Source: Azolla caroliniana
Taxonomy: Eukaryota; Plantae; Polypodiophyta
Reading direction: 5' to 3'
Assembly: GCA_043228905.1 (NCBI GenBank)
Contig: JBHGNT010000005.1
Coordinates: forward strand, 19,282,001-19,346,000
Length of the DNA stretch: 64,000 nt
A program made the translations under genes and the position numbers. Each line of letters starts with the position of its first letter. Position 1 is the stretch's first letter. The notes under the pieces were generated by a model. The model saw only the letters and a list, made by a program, of their open reading frames with translations, was not told where the DNA came from and ran no database searches. Of the stretch, positions 14,205 through 26,816 are shown one piece after another.

Positions 14205-14771
14205 GTTCAATACCAACCTACTACTACTACTAATAGTGGTAGTTAGTAGTAGTAGTACATACTACATAGTATGAACATATATCATTTTCGAAATCCCAAG
14301 TGCCTCGAACAATCCCCGGAAAGCCGCACACTCTCGCTCCCTTGCTTGCTCGCCCCGATTCTGCCCATAATGCTCCCCACATTCATGTTACTGAACCCCC
14401 TACACATCTACCTCTTCTCTGATGCCTGCCCTATCACTCGATGGCATATGCATCGAGACATTTTGGGCATGGTAAGATATACCCAAAGATTGGCAAAACA
14501 ATTGGTAACACTTGTTGTCATGAACCTATGAGAAAACAAGGAGATTTGGCTAGTTGCACCTGCTAATAAGTAGCCCACGAGTTGTTTACAGATTGGCAAA
14601 GCAACTGGTAACACTTGTTGTCATGAATCTATGAGAAAACAAGGAGAATATGCAGAAGATTGTTTCACTAAATTCAATTGTTTGAGATGGCGATAGTTTC
14701 AAAGGCATGCAAGATTATGATAGCATCTGCCTCAATGGCTCAAGATTGGCATCAGTTAATCCAAAAGGTTC

Positions 14772-15048
14772 AAAGAGAATGAGGTGTCTCTATTTAGTAC
14801 TCTTGACTTCCATACCAACACCCAAGGTTATGTCCTCCAAAAGATGAGATAATGCCAAGTGTTGTGAAGAGTTATTCTCATTAACTCATGGAGGATTCTT
14901 TGGACAACCAAAGAGAATGAGGTGTCTCTATTTAGTACTCTTGACTTCCATACCAACACCCAAGGTTATGTCCTCCAAAAGATGAGATAATGCCAAGTGT
15001 TGCAAAGAGTTATTCTCATTAGCTCATGGAGGATTCTTTGGACAACCA
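14772..15048. repeat. 138-bp tandem duplication
   Basis: Two near-identical units (AAAGAGAATGAGGTGTCTC...GGACAACC); GAGGTG occurs at 14781 and 14919. Confidence 0.9.
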
Positions 15049-17873
15049 TAGGCCTAAACGATTATGGTGTAGGTATAGACTCTACGTATTGAGGGGTATT
15101 CATGATATGGGCACAATTATCTTGGTTAGTTGATGGACAATCAAAGGACCAAAAACTAACTAGAATATTATGGAATGAATAGAGACTTAGAACTCTAATC
15201 AAAGTGAGACCTATACACTTGCTATCAACTAGACTCTAGACAAATATGGTTTAAACATATATATTCATACACATCACTTAGCCAACGATAGTCCTATGAA
15301 CTCATTGATAACCATATGGCTAGTCGCACTTTCCACAACCATTCGTTGGGCATAAACCTAGGGTATGTTATATGCATACATGTATTTTTTACAAAGAATT
15401 ATCTAGCAAGACGTCCAGACTTTGGGATGTCCTTGGAAGATTAAGTATGTGAGAACCATTACAACATGATGAAGATACGATTATGTACATCGAGCATATG
15501 AACTCCATTAAACTGTAAGGTTGCTTTGTTATACCGTGGAACAAGTGTTAGAGGCATTTAGATAAGTAGAGCATCTTAGCAATAGAAGCATTTACATAAG
15601 TAGGGCATCTCCAATATCATTATTTAATATAGTTTAGATTAGCGACAAGAAATCTAGAAAAGAAGAAAGTTGGCATGATTTCATATGAACAAGAAAGAGA
15701 TCAGAATCAATAGAAAGACAATCCAACGTATATGACAATCTAAATTGTCCAATCACCATTGTTTCTATATATATTGAGCTAAGTATGTTTGAGTCTACCC
15801 CAATAACGTATGGTACAAATGCAAAACCCAATATGAATCTCACCTTATTCAAACACGCATATGGTTTAAAAGCTTGTTTAAAATCACTATGAGATCAAGG
15901 GTTTTGACACCTCTTTGGCTAGTAGCTGGTTTTAATCATAACATTAATGGTATCTATGTACTCATGTTCATGCATCAATGTTTTATTTTATAGCAAAAAA
16001 ACCCCAATTTGTTTTTACTTGCATAAATGCCACTAAGATTTTTCTTTATTTCCTCACATCCCAGTAATTTTCTCTTTATTTCCTCAATGCCACCAAGTTT
16101 TCATTATTTCCTGAGCGATCTTCATCAACCTTCGAAAGAAAGGAAAAGGGGATGTAATTGCACATAATTGCTCAAATGCATTGATAGAAAGGGGATAAGT
16201 AGCCATATAATTGCTCAAATCCACACATGGAATTGGAATTGGCACAATATGCAAAATTGGAGGCTTTCACACAATTTACTTCTAACCTCAAAAGGCTAAA
16301 GGAATTTCCAGAAAAAAAAAATACATGCATAATCATTTTAGAGTTTTTCCCTAGTTCAAAAGGGTTTGTTGGATAGCACTCTTTTTATCATAAACTTTAT
16401 GAGTGTAGTCCATTGGATTAAGGCTTGAATGGAATGTGTGTGCTTATGCTTTGCCCACTTTGAATCGCTATTTTTACATGGTTTGAGGCAAAAGGATTTT
16501 GTCTCACTCTTTAATTTCCTTTTTACCCAATCTAGTGTTCCCCAAAACAAGGTTTGAGCTCAAGGTTGGAATTTCTTTTGTCTATGCAATGGATAAAAGG
16601 CATACTTCTTGCATGCACGAAGCCATTCACAAAGAAATAATGACTTGGTTGGCAATTTACTCCGTTTTGCTGTGTGCAATGTGCAAAAATCATACTTCTT
16701 GCATGCAATAAGCAATGCAAAGAAGGAATGACTTGACTATCCATTTACTCCATTCTGGACTCTTTATATGTGCACGCAAGCATGCATGCATGCACACACA
16801 CATTTAGTAACCTCTAATCTAGCGTAAAGCAAGATGACCACTTGGACAAGGAAACGTGCAAATCAAATAATGTTTTGGATGGAGAGGATTGATTGCATAT
16901 GCAACATGATTCTAGCATGCCTTCACATGGCCACAATCTTTTCTATGTTATGTTTTGGGCTAACTTAAGATGGCAAAAAAAGTTTGAGCATGCCCCATCT
17001 CTACGACCTCTAGGTGAATGTTCTAATCATCACAAATTTAACAACCACAAGACATTGCAATGGTAGTAAAATCAACATGAAGGAAAGAGCTTAAGAAAAC
17101 CATCTTGTTTTTCTACACATAGAAATTTGTGTACAAACAAAACTTTAGAAATGTCGCAAGAAACAAAACGAGTCTTCTTTTACAATTTCCTCAGCCACTC
17201 ATAGAAACTACCATTTGAACGAAACGGATTGACAATTATTTTAATGCAACTATTTGAATCATTTCCATTACAAGATGATGAGAAGTTATGAATATTTCTT
17301 TCTAGATTTTGTTTTTTAAATACTTCTGACAAGAGACATCGTCAAAACCCGAGTAAAGTTACGAACCAACTTGCCCTATTATTATTTGGATTCATTGTGT
17401 TAGGTATTGCTCCCAAGGGCTTCCTTTCTTGTCACCTCAATCGACAGGTTGATAAAGAGTAAAGAAGTAGATAAGAGCAACTGAAAGTCCACACTTTTCA
17501 CTAAGCATATGGAGCAAGCATGAATCATGAATACCAACATTAGTGATATATGACAACAATACATTGGATAAGAGTGATTGAAAGTCCACACTTTTCACTA
17601 AGCATCTGTATCAAGCATGAATTGTGAATTCCAACATTAGATATATATATATATATGACCACGATACATTGGATTCACAATTCTTCCTTTGATGATGCTG
17701 TCTACAGCCACAAGCACTCTATGATATCACACTGTCCATCCCTTCAATGGCATCTCATCACTCAGAATGTAACACATGTTTCAAATTCTTGCCTTCCCAG
17801 AAACTCTTTCGGGGAAAACTTCCTGTTTTACACATTGTTCTGCCCTTTCCTTGTAGTCAAGGAAGGAAGTTGC

Positions 17874-20419
17874 TTAGAATCTCTTTTTGGCCATGGCTGA
17901 ACGGGATGCTCTTTTTCCATTATATTGAGAAGTAGCCAAATCCTCGTCTGAATCGACAGACTCGACAATAGAATCAAGAGCTTGAAAGTTCCTTGCAGGG
18001 GCCACACCATGCATTCTAGTGTCAATGTCTGCTTTCTTGAGCCCTTTCGCAACTACTGGTAGATGAGAAGATGTGACAATCAGAGGTGAGGAGGCCGCAC
18101 GAGCTACCTCCTTTTGTATTCGTTCTCGTTCTAATCTTGCCTTTCTCGCATCAACACGCTCCTTAATACTTTGGAACTTTCTCGGTTCAGTGCCCTCCCC
18201 CAAACACAGGAATTCCTTCTCAAATGCATTCTTTCCTACACATTCTTCATCTTGCACTGGTAAGGGCCTTAGTTCTTTGCACTGCAAGCATGATTCCTTC
18301 CTGTGCATATTCAAGCACGAGCATCTGCGACATTTTAAGGAAAGAATTTAATTTTAGGACTCATGAAAAGCTCGTCTAACAGATCTACATGCAATTTTAT
18401 AACCAAAATGGAAATCCTGACCTCGAACATGTCCATTCAATGCCTTCACAACCTGAAGGACCGCAATAATACTGATCTCGAATGTTTTCTATCTCCTTGT
18501 CGCTCTTGATCCCTTCCACTTGCTTGCGATGGGAACAAGAAATGCCATGTGTAGCACCGCCACTTAAAGAAACGAGCGCTTTCAAAAGTTGGAGAAGTGC
18601 ATGCTGTGTATTGCTATTCGTGCCATCAACAAAATAAACCCTAAATCCAACAACAGCCTTATATATAAGTCTCATGACGTCTTTTAATTTGGCAGAAACC
18701 ACGTGATTATAATCCGAGGGTAACACCTGTCAGGGGCAACCTGATCCTTTTTAGTTGTTTGAAAAACAGAACAAATAACCAAAAATGGCTCTCAAGTTCA
18801 ATCGGACAATAATAAAACGAACTAACAAAAATAATCATGATTCAATTTTAATTATTTTGACATGCAAAATGAGAGAGCAGGATTGAGCATAGATTTAAAT
18901 ATCATAGTTTTCAGGCATTATGGGAATTTAATGAGCTTGTCTGGCATTTTCGGAATTAAAGTAAGACTAGGTGGCATTCTGGGAACTATCGTAAAATAGA
19001 GTGACACTTCAGTAATTTACTTTTAAAAAATATAAGAAGTTTTGAGACGAGGAGACCATATACTCACATTGTTTTCTTTCATCTGGAGGTAGATCTGAAG
19101 CCTCTTTCTTGCAGCATTGGTTCTCTCATCATTCTGAGAGAACTCATGTTTCAGGAGAATGCTCAAATCAGTCAGTGGCAACCTCCTAGTGGCCAAACAA
19201 AAAGAAAACGAATTATATTAGAGAATGCATTCGTACGTGTGTATGTATATGTATGCATGAACATCTGCATGTGCATGGGTGCCCTACAAATTATATTAGA
19301 GAACACCCTAGACTGTAAAAACTAAATCCTAAACCAAAAACTTTATGTAAACATAAATCATTAAATAAACCTTAGAAACAGTAAACAATAAATCATTATG
19401 TGACACCATAAAAACTAACCCTAAAGCCGATTCCTACGTCATTGCCTGAAACAATGTAATGGTCTTCTTAAGCAGAAGATTGGCTTGTCTTTTAAAGTAC
19501 TCACTTGAGAATAGATTCATGGACTCGAGAAAACTTTACAATGGCCTGCTTGAGAAGAGCTGAATCGTTGACTTCGACTTTTGCATTTTCCATATTGGCC
19601 AACCCAAAGGTTTTCAAATGATCCAGGAACAACTTCCATTCTGGCCACGGAGGGTGATCAAACTTCTGTGAAATTCTATTCCTTGCATCTGAATCAAGGA
19701 TTTCATTCCCTGAATCTGAATCTCGAACCATATTCTGGGCATCTGAACCCAATATTTCATCCCTTGCATTTGAATCCAGCATTCCATTCCTAGAATCTGA
19801 ATCACAGACTCCATTCCCAGCATCTGAATCAAAAATTTCATTCCTTCCATCTGAATCAGAAATTTCACTCCTTGCATCTAAAGCCAAGATTCCGCTCATT
19901 GTATCTGAATCCAAGATTTCATTCCTTGCAGCTGAATCCAGGATTCCATTCCCTGAATCTGGTTCAAAGCAACACCTAATCCAAGTAAAACATTTAATTT
20001 ATTTAAAGAGAACAGAACCGGTCATCTAATGACCGCAAAGAGAAAGCACAAATATGAAGGCATTGATCTTATAAAGAACAAATAAGAAGTTATCAAATTC
20101 ACTTCACAAAGAACGCCAATAATAGAACTATAGATGTAGAGATTAATAAATAAACAACAGAAAGCATAACTCAGGAAAGAAGTTCACAAAAAGTTTCCTT
20201 CTACTTACCTCTTTCCACCATAGCAGACCATGTTCTTCTCGCAGGAAACCCTGAACAGAAAGGAATATATAGGGATTTGAATCCATGGATCGCTTCAAAG
20301 CTCAGCGCATAAGAATCTCCTCGTGGAAGGATCCTCTGCTCATGAAGGATTTTCGGAGCAAGAGGCATCGACAAGCTTCTGATATTTCCTGTGATTCTGA
20401 CCCTAAAAGCCGAAGACAT
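17874..20419 (-). CDS. VAR3/OZ-like RanBP2-type zinc-finger protein, 5 exons
   Basis: Phase-consistent GT-AG exons 20419-20209, 19958-19505, 19185-19068, 18726-18422, 18324-17874. VAR3-like block HPPWPEW...FSRVHESILKRLP...AAKKRL...DVMRLI. The spliced zinc finger reads W-T-C-SR-C-SCL-N-MHRKES-C-LQ-C. Confidence 0.8.
19672..19958 (-). repeat. About 11 coding tandem repeats of 27 bp (consensus DARNEILDS)
   Basis: 9-aa periodicity in exon 2 of the VAR3-like gene. Confidence 0.85.
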
Positions 20420-20523
20420 GTCGGGGGCCGTGTTAGTGAAGCAACAGATTTTCCCACAAGCATCTGATGAACTGATGCTCAGAGGAATGGTTGAGGGTTG
20501 TGCGAAGCGCCAGAAATGGAGGG

Positions 20524-20572
20524 GTTAGGGTTTAGGGTTTAGTTTAGGGTTAGGGTTTTAGTTTAGGGTTTT
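20524..20572. promoter_or_regulatory. Telo-box / telomere-like TTTAGGG cluster upstream of the VAR3-like ATG
   Basis: Several TAGGGTTT units about 105-150 bp upstream of the ATG at 20419. The regulatory role is inferred. Confidence 0.5.
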
Positions 20573-20606
20573 TGGGAAGCTCTGGGATAAATGATAAATA
20601 GTAGTG

Positions 20607-21230
20607 ATGGGCAATGGTTCGGTTCGAGCCGGAGATTAACGGTTTGGTTTGGCAATCGGTTTTGAACAAATCTGTAAACGGTTTGGTCTGGCTTGGGGGG
20701 GGTTTCAATATTCGGTTCGTATTCGAAACTTTATCGACTCAACGGTTTGCGGTTTAATTGGTTTTAAACCATTGTTTACATGGCTTGCCTGCTTAGGGTT
20801 TAGGGTTTTTTGGAAGCTTTGTGGAAAATTAATAGATTTAGTAAATCGGTAATGGTTCGGTTCGACTTGGGGGGGGGGGGGTTCAATATTCGGTTCGTAT
20901 TCGAAACTTTATCGACTCAACGGTTTGCGGTTTAATTGGTTTTAAACCATTGTTTACATGGCTTGCCTGTTTAGGGTTTAGGGTTTTTTGGAAGCTTTGT
21001 GGAAAATTAATAGGTTTAGTAATCGGTAATGGTTCGGTTCGACTTGAACTGAACTAAACCGCATAAACTATGGCTTAACGGTTTAAAAGGCTTTGTTCGA
21101 TTTGGTTAGGTTTTGAAAATTTGTAAATGGTTTAGTTTGGCTTGGGGAGCTCTATGGTTTGATTTGGTTCAAACCTTTATCGACTTAACGGTTTGTGGTT
21201 AAACCAATTTTAAACCACAGTTTGATTGTC
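20607..21230. mobile_element. Cluster of AACCG/CGGTT-rich MITE copies including a ~180-bp tandem duplication
   Basis: Repeated TAATGGTTCGGTTCGA starts; duplicated block at about 20690-20868 and 20869-21045; ends ...GATTGTCA like the TIR of 26096-26548. Confidence 0.65.
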
Positions 21231-22896
21231 AAGACATTTATGCAATGTCGATTAAATATGAATTAATTTAGAAGTCTATACATAGTTTAAAAACTAAGAG
21301 TCGTGACCTATTAATGTAATAAGTTACAATATTTGAGATTCGATCGTTTCTATTTTCTCAGTCTATGAGGAAACTTTTAGTCTAAAAACTTTTTAGCCAA
21401 AAAGAGTGGTTTAAGCTTCCATTGTGGTCTACAACAAAACCAAAACTGAACTATGAACTCAAGGCTTAACAGTTTTTAATATCTCTTGAACCACTTGGTT
21501 TGAGCTTAGAAATCTCTCTAGTGCTTTGGTTAAAGGGGTTTCATGATTCAGTTCAGTTTAGTTTAACTATCAACTTTTTTAAATAGTTTGAGTTTGAGAC
21601 TTCCAAACTAAACTAAACCGAAGCATTGGTAATCATATAGCCTCCCTTGACAAAATCAAGTAGAATAACGACCATTTCCTTGGTGAGGCTTGGGTCAAGA
21701 TCAGGATCGAGGTCAGGTAAGTGCCAGCTTCTCTCTCTCTAAGCACGTTTTGGTTGCCACAAATATTATTATTGGGCATAATCTATTGTATCCGATCTAT
21801 GACAACACAATCCTGAGTGCAAAATCAAATTCATCATCTTCCAAGATGAAGGGGTTGGTTGCACTAACATGAACCCAAATGGGGAGCAAAGATGTAAAGA
21901 CTTGATTTAAGCTTTCAAATGCATTCATTGCACATTATGTCCATGTATGGTTAGTTTGTCATTGTAACTTGTGTAAAGAGAAAAATGACATTTGAATCAT
22001 TTTGAATGACTTCCAAAATGTTTTAACCTTCCCTAGATCCATAGTGATACCTTTCAATGTGGCAATGTATACCAAAAAATCCACTTCTATTATTTGGCAT
22101 AAAAGTTTTAATTGTGATGCAGCCTCCAGCAAATGGTGGATTGTGGAACCAATACTAAACCATTATATAAACTACGATCTTGAATGAATTCGTAACGGCT
22201 GGAGAATATCGATTGACACATGTGCACGTTAAATAGTAAACTATTGCATATATTAAATTATAAGAGTTAAGACAAACAAAGCACATTCACATATACACCT
22301 CAACCCTTTTAGAGTGCCATGTGGCTAGAGTAGCACATGTCTTGATTTAAAAGAAAACTCTCAAGCCCAGTTAAGAAAGCTATGGTCAAAGTAGGCACTA
22401 AGCTTTATTAAACCCTATCCCCTCAAATTTCTAGCTTTTCCCAAACCTAAGGAGAGGCTTCAGATTGATTTGGCAAAGATATCTATCATTAAATTGAAGA
22501 ATATCAATAAGACATCTAATCTAGAAAACGAAACAATGCCCATCACTCATTTTAAACCAAGATATCATGCAAGCAACTTTTGAGGGGGTAAAAGAATGAG
22601 CATTTTCATAAGCTTACACATACATGCATCCATATTGCATAGACCAAAAGGCAATTGGGAGCTAGCCTTCTTTGATTCGTATACCACCTACACAACCCAT
22701 GACACTATCATGAAGCCATTCCTTGTCCTTAGGTTGCATACAATGTTAGAACATAAAGAGCATTGGAACTATACCCTAACACCACACATGATTATGATTG
22801 GAGGGGGGAGTTAATCTCCAAGACTTCCATTTAATCGTCGTTTAATCAATATTGATACAATTAGTTACTTTATTTTTATCACAATTGTGGTATAAA

Positions 22897-25186
22897 TCAC
22901 ATACATTGTCCTTCTGAAGGAGCCAACCCATCAGATTCCAGAGGCACACGAAGGCTCTTAGATAGAATATAGCAATCAGGAGGATCAATGCGCTTGTAAT
23001 AGTTCCTTATTGTATCGCGGATCTCGAAGTCAAACTTTTTATAGAATTTGATGGCCTCATCATTGTTGACTTGCACATGCAAGTAGATCTCGACAATATC
23101 TTCGTCTTGTTCACAGAGTCCCATAACATAGTTCATCAACTTTGATCCTGCAAATCCATATTTCATACGGCACCAATGAGATAACAAAGAGATGGCATTA
23201 TTCAGAAGAAGGCAAAGATAAAAGCAAGTAAATATCAATATATACAATGTACTGCATATGAGGAAAAAAAATGAATGTTTGGGACCAAAACTTTAAGATT
23301 GTCTCTCTTTACATGTAAAGCTCAAGCTGGAAATGCGTCAGCTCCAGCTAATAACAAACCGTCTAGTAGAGGCTCCAATCATAACAATACAACTGATATA
23401 CACAAAGCAGATCAGGATTAATTTGTATCTTCCAAAGAATTTCGCGTCTCTTATTTTTTTTCTAAACTACAAAACTTGCACAAACTCAAGCTTAATTTGT
23501 CAATAAGCGTAAACTTACTTTCAACAAACATTTCATTTGCAAGATTATAAGCTCCCAAAACCTCATAGAAGGAAAAATATATGTAGAATGATAGTAACAT
23601 TCATTGTTAGATAACCAGTGCTGTTTTTTCGAAGAATAAAGATCAATCATTTATCTAAAGTTTGAACATAAATGTGCATTTCCTCAGGTTGGACGACCAT
23701 CTATTCCCTACAAAGAACAAGAAAAAAAATTGTGCCACAATTGATAGAGAAAGAGAACCATTGGCACAATCAGCTATTGTAACTTAGATCCATCTAGAGT
23801 GCAAACCGCATGTACTGTAGAATGTATTTGAGAAGCCAGTTAACTTTTTATCATACACTCAAAGAATCTTCAATCGACATCTCATCATGGGCACCAGAAC
23901 CAATCCACAGCCTCATAGAACAGGATCATGTTATCTAAGATTATTCTCCATTCGCATATAACTAATTTGTGAATTAAGAACAATATCTAGATACAAACCT
24001 AGCTAATATCTTCCTGGATTGTCCTCTGAGAGCCCTACATCCATTATAGAAGCCATTACCACTAGGGTAATGGCATCAAAGTTCTTAATTTGGGATGATC
24101 TGGTGAGCTCCAGAAAACTATCGAGCATTGTGAACTATTATCTACCTTGCATGAAGAATATTACACTTGGATGACAGCATGGGATTTCTCCAGATGTTTC
24201 AAGAATCTTCTTAAATTATTGTCTACCTTCCACAGAAGCTTCAAGAATATCAATACTTCAAGGGCTATTCTACAAAACTCCAGGATACTCCAAGCTAACT
24301 CATTCGTCGAATACATTTAAACCCCCAAAAAGTTATGAGATCGCATGATTGCCGGGATCCTCCAAGCAAACTCATTCATTAAATACATTTAAACTCACAA
24401 AGTAGTGTGAGATCAGATGGTTACCTATCCCTCGTCTTCGATAAGGAGCCAGAACACCCAAAGTCAAGATATTTACACATTTTCCTCCAAGCCTTCGCTC
24501 AATCCGACATGTGATCGACCCAACACACGTCCCTCCTAAGAAAGCTGATGACATATCACCAAAAAACAAAATTGTTAAGAAAAATCATTGATCAGGTAAG
24601 GACAACAAAGAAATTCAAGAAACCCCATTTTTGACAGAAACGTATCAAAGAAACCCTAGAAACAGAAAACATCATAAAAACACAAAGGAAACCCCTAGAA
24701 AAAAAAAAGAGGGAAACGAAACTAGAAACAGAAACCTATAATTTTACAAAAGAGGGCACCAGAAATGGGGAGAAAACCCTAGAAACATAAGAAAAAAGGA
24801 CTTGGAAAATGTCCAAACAAAAACAAACAAACTGATATGGCAGGCAAGAAGGATGAAGAATAAAGGAAGCGAGCATTACCAAGCTTGGAGAAGTCACCAG
24901 AAGAGAGAACATGGGTGTAGTATCTATGCTGATAATTGATGGGGAAGAGAACTGTATTGAGGTTCTTGAGGGACCCAATGTTCTCCTCTCTCACGCTCAC
25001 CAGAGAAACCTCATCATCATCATCATCACCACCACCATCTTCTGCTTCTTCGTCGTCTCCTTCTCGTCTAACTCCTCCGGATTCTGCTCCATGTTCGTCT
25101 GCTTCCATTTGGCTTTCAGAGACGAAGTGATTCTTCAGAGAGCAGAAGGGCAGGGGAGAAGAAGAAGAAGAAGAAGCAGCAGCCAT
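22897..25186 (-). CDS. NAA50: N-alpha-acetyltransferase 50-like (GNAT), 3 exons
   Basis: Exons 25186-24880, 24544-24425, 23147-22897. Motifs LKNLNTVLFPINY, TLGVLAPYRRRGIG, IYLHVQVNNDEAIKFYKKFDF, NYYKRIDPPD. Confidence 0.88.
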
Positions 25187-25339
25187 GGCGCGGAGGAGAG
25201 AGCAGAGAGGGGTTTTCAGTAATTACTACGTATACCCCTCTCCAATCCCCCTCTTCTTCTTCTTCTTCTTCTTCTTCTCCTTCTTCTACTTTTTCTATTT
25301 CCATGCATACCCCCCTCACTCTTCCTTCCTTTGATCTTC

Positions 25340-25472
25340 AGGAAGTGGTGTATCTCAAACGCCTCTTCGCCAACAACAGGTTGTGAGTTCGAATCCTCTC
25401 AAAACAACTTCTTTATGGGCCAATTTTGGCCTTAGAAGATGTGAATATATCTTTCTTTCTTTCTCTCTCTTT
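25340..25472 (+). mobile_element. Putative tRNA-headed SINE with LINE-type tail
   Basis: A-box-like AGTGG, B-box-like GAGTTCGAATCC, then the GGCCA-ATTT-TGGCC stem-loop and a (TCTT)n tail. Confidence 0.5.
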
Positions 25473-25494
25473 CTTTTCTCGTATTTAGATTACC

Positions 25495-25897
25495 CTAGTG
25501 ATAAGTTGTTAACACTACAAGCATTGCATCTTGGGTTCGAAACCCAATTTTCTCGCTTCTCTCAATTATATACTTCATATATATCTCTTAATTCACTAGA
25601 TGCCACTGTGGAATGTAGGGGTTGAACCCATGACCATCCGTTCTCCATTGGGCAACCTTTTCTCTCTCTAGTGGTAAGTTGTTAACACTACAAGCACTGC
25701 GTCTTGGGTTCGAAACCCAATTTTCTCACTTCTCTCTATTATATACTTCATATATATCTCTTAATTCACTAGATGCCACTGTGGAATGTAAGGGTTGAAC
25801 CCATGACCATCCCGTCTCCATTGGGCAACCTTTTCTCTCTCTAGTGGTAAGTTGTTAACACTACAAGCATTGCGTCTTGGGTTCGAAACCCAATTTT
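25495..25897. repeat. 173-bp tandem repeat (about 2.3 units) with tRNA A/B-box-like motifs
   Basis: Units start at 25495, 25668 and 25841. Each has TAGTG(G/A)TAAG...GGGTTCGAAACCC; the full units also have an antisense GGGTTCAACCC. Confidence 0.85.
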
Positions 25898-26095
25898 AAT
25901 TTTAGTTATGATGATTGGATAAATACTCATTTTGTTGTAAGCCAATTGTCTCATGGGCCAATTTTGGCCTTAGAAGACGTTAATATATCTTTCTTTCTTT
26001 CTTTCTCTCTTGGTGAAAACAAACAATTATATATCAATAAATGTGTGTGAAAAACACTACTTACAATGGGTGTCACGATGGAGTATGGTCACCCA

Positions 26096-26548
26096 TAACA
26101 ATCGGCAACGGTTCGGTTTAGTTCGAATCTTTTAAAAAATTTGAAACCTGAATCGAACACAACTGAACCACGAAACCATCTAAACCGAGCCGTTTGGTAA
26201 AAATCCAAATCGTTAAACCATTAAACCGCAAAGAACGTGGTTTCGTGGTTCGGTTTCGGTTTTCAACTTAAGTCGAAATTAATTTTAAAATTTTAAAATT
26301 TTATTATTATTTCAGATTTTAAATTTTCAAAATTTTAAAGATTTTTCCTAAAATGTGAGAATTAGGCTTAAAAATAAAAAGGTCGTTTAAAAAAATAAAT
26401 TTAATTTTTATTTTTGTTTAAAATTTAAAAGAATAAAAATATCGTCAAACCGTTAAACTGCGGTTTAAAACCATTAAAACCGAACCGAACCGTTTAAACC
26501 CTTAAGCCGTGGTTTCACGGTTCGGAACCAAACCGTTGTCGATTGTTA
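26096..26548. mobile_element. Complete non-autonomous hAT-type MITE (453 bp)
   Basis: TIRs TAACAATCGGCAACGGTT / AACCGTTGTCGATTGTTA; perfect 8-bp TSD GTCACCCA (26088-26095 and 26549-26556); AACCG subterminal repeats around an AT-rich core. Confidence 0.9.
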
Positions 26549-26816
26549 GTCACCCACTAACTACACTACATTGAACGGGTAGGGGAACATGTTGAATTGC
26601 CAATAAATAGGGAAGACGGAACACTCCACCGAGGAAAGAATTTCCACTTGCTCCAATAAAGAAAATTGTCACATTAGTACTACTCCCTTCAACTTTCGTA
26701 GATATGCTTTCACTCCATGTCTACCATTGAATACAAAAGCGTTGCGCATATTCCAATTATGACGCGATCCCCAATATCTCAAAAATCGAAAAACGATCTC
26801 CATGTCTGATTTTGGG

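Noticed and set aside
20524-21000. Telomere or chromosome-fusion scar
   Set aside because: Only a few imperfect TTTAGGG units near a gene start, which fits telo-boxes better. The same applies at about 55830-56650.
25495-25897. tRNA genes
   Set aside because: Only box-like motifs; no cloverleaf with acceptor and anticodon stems could be built.
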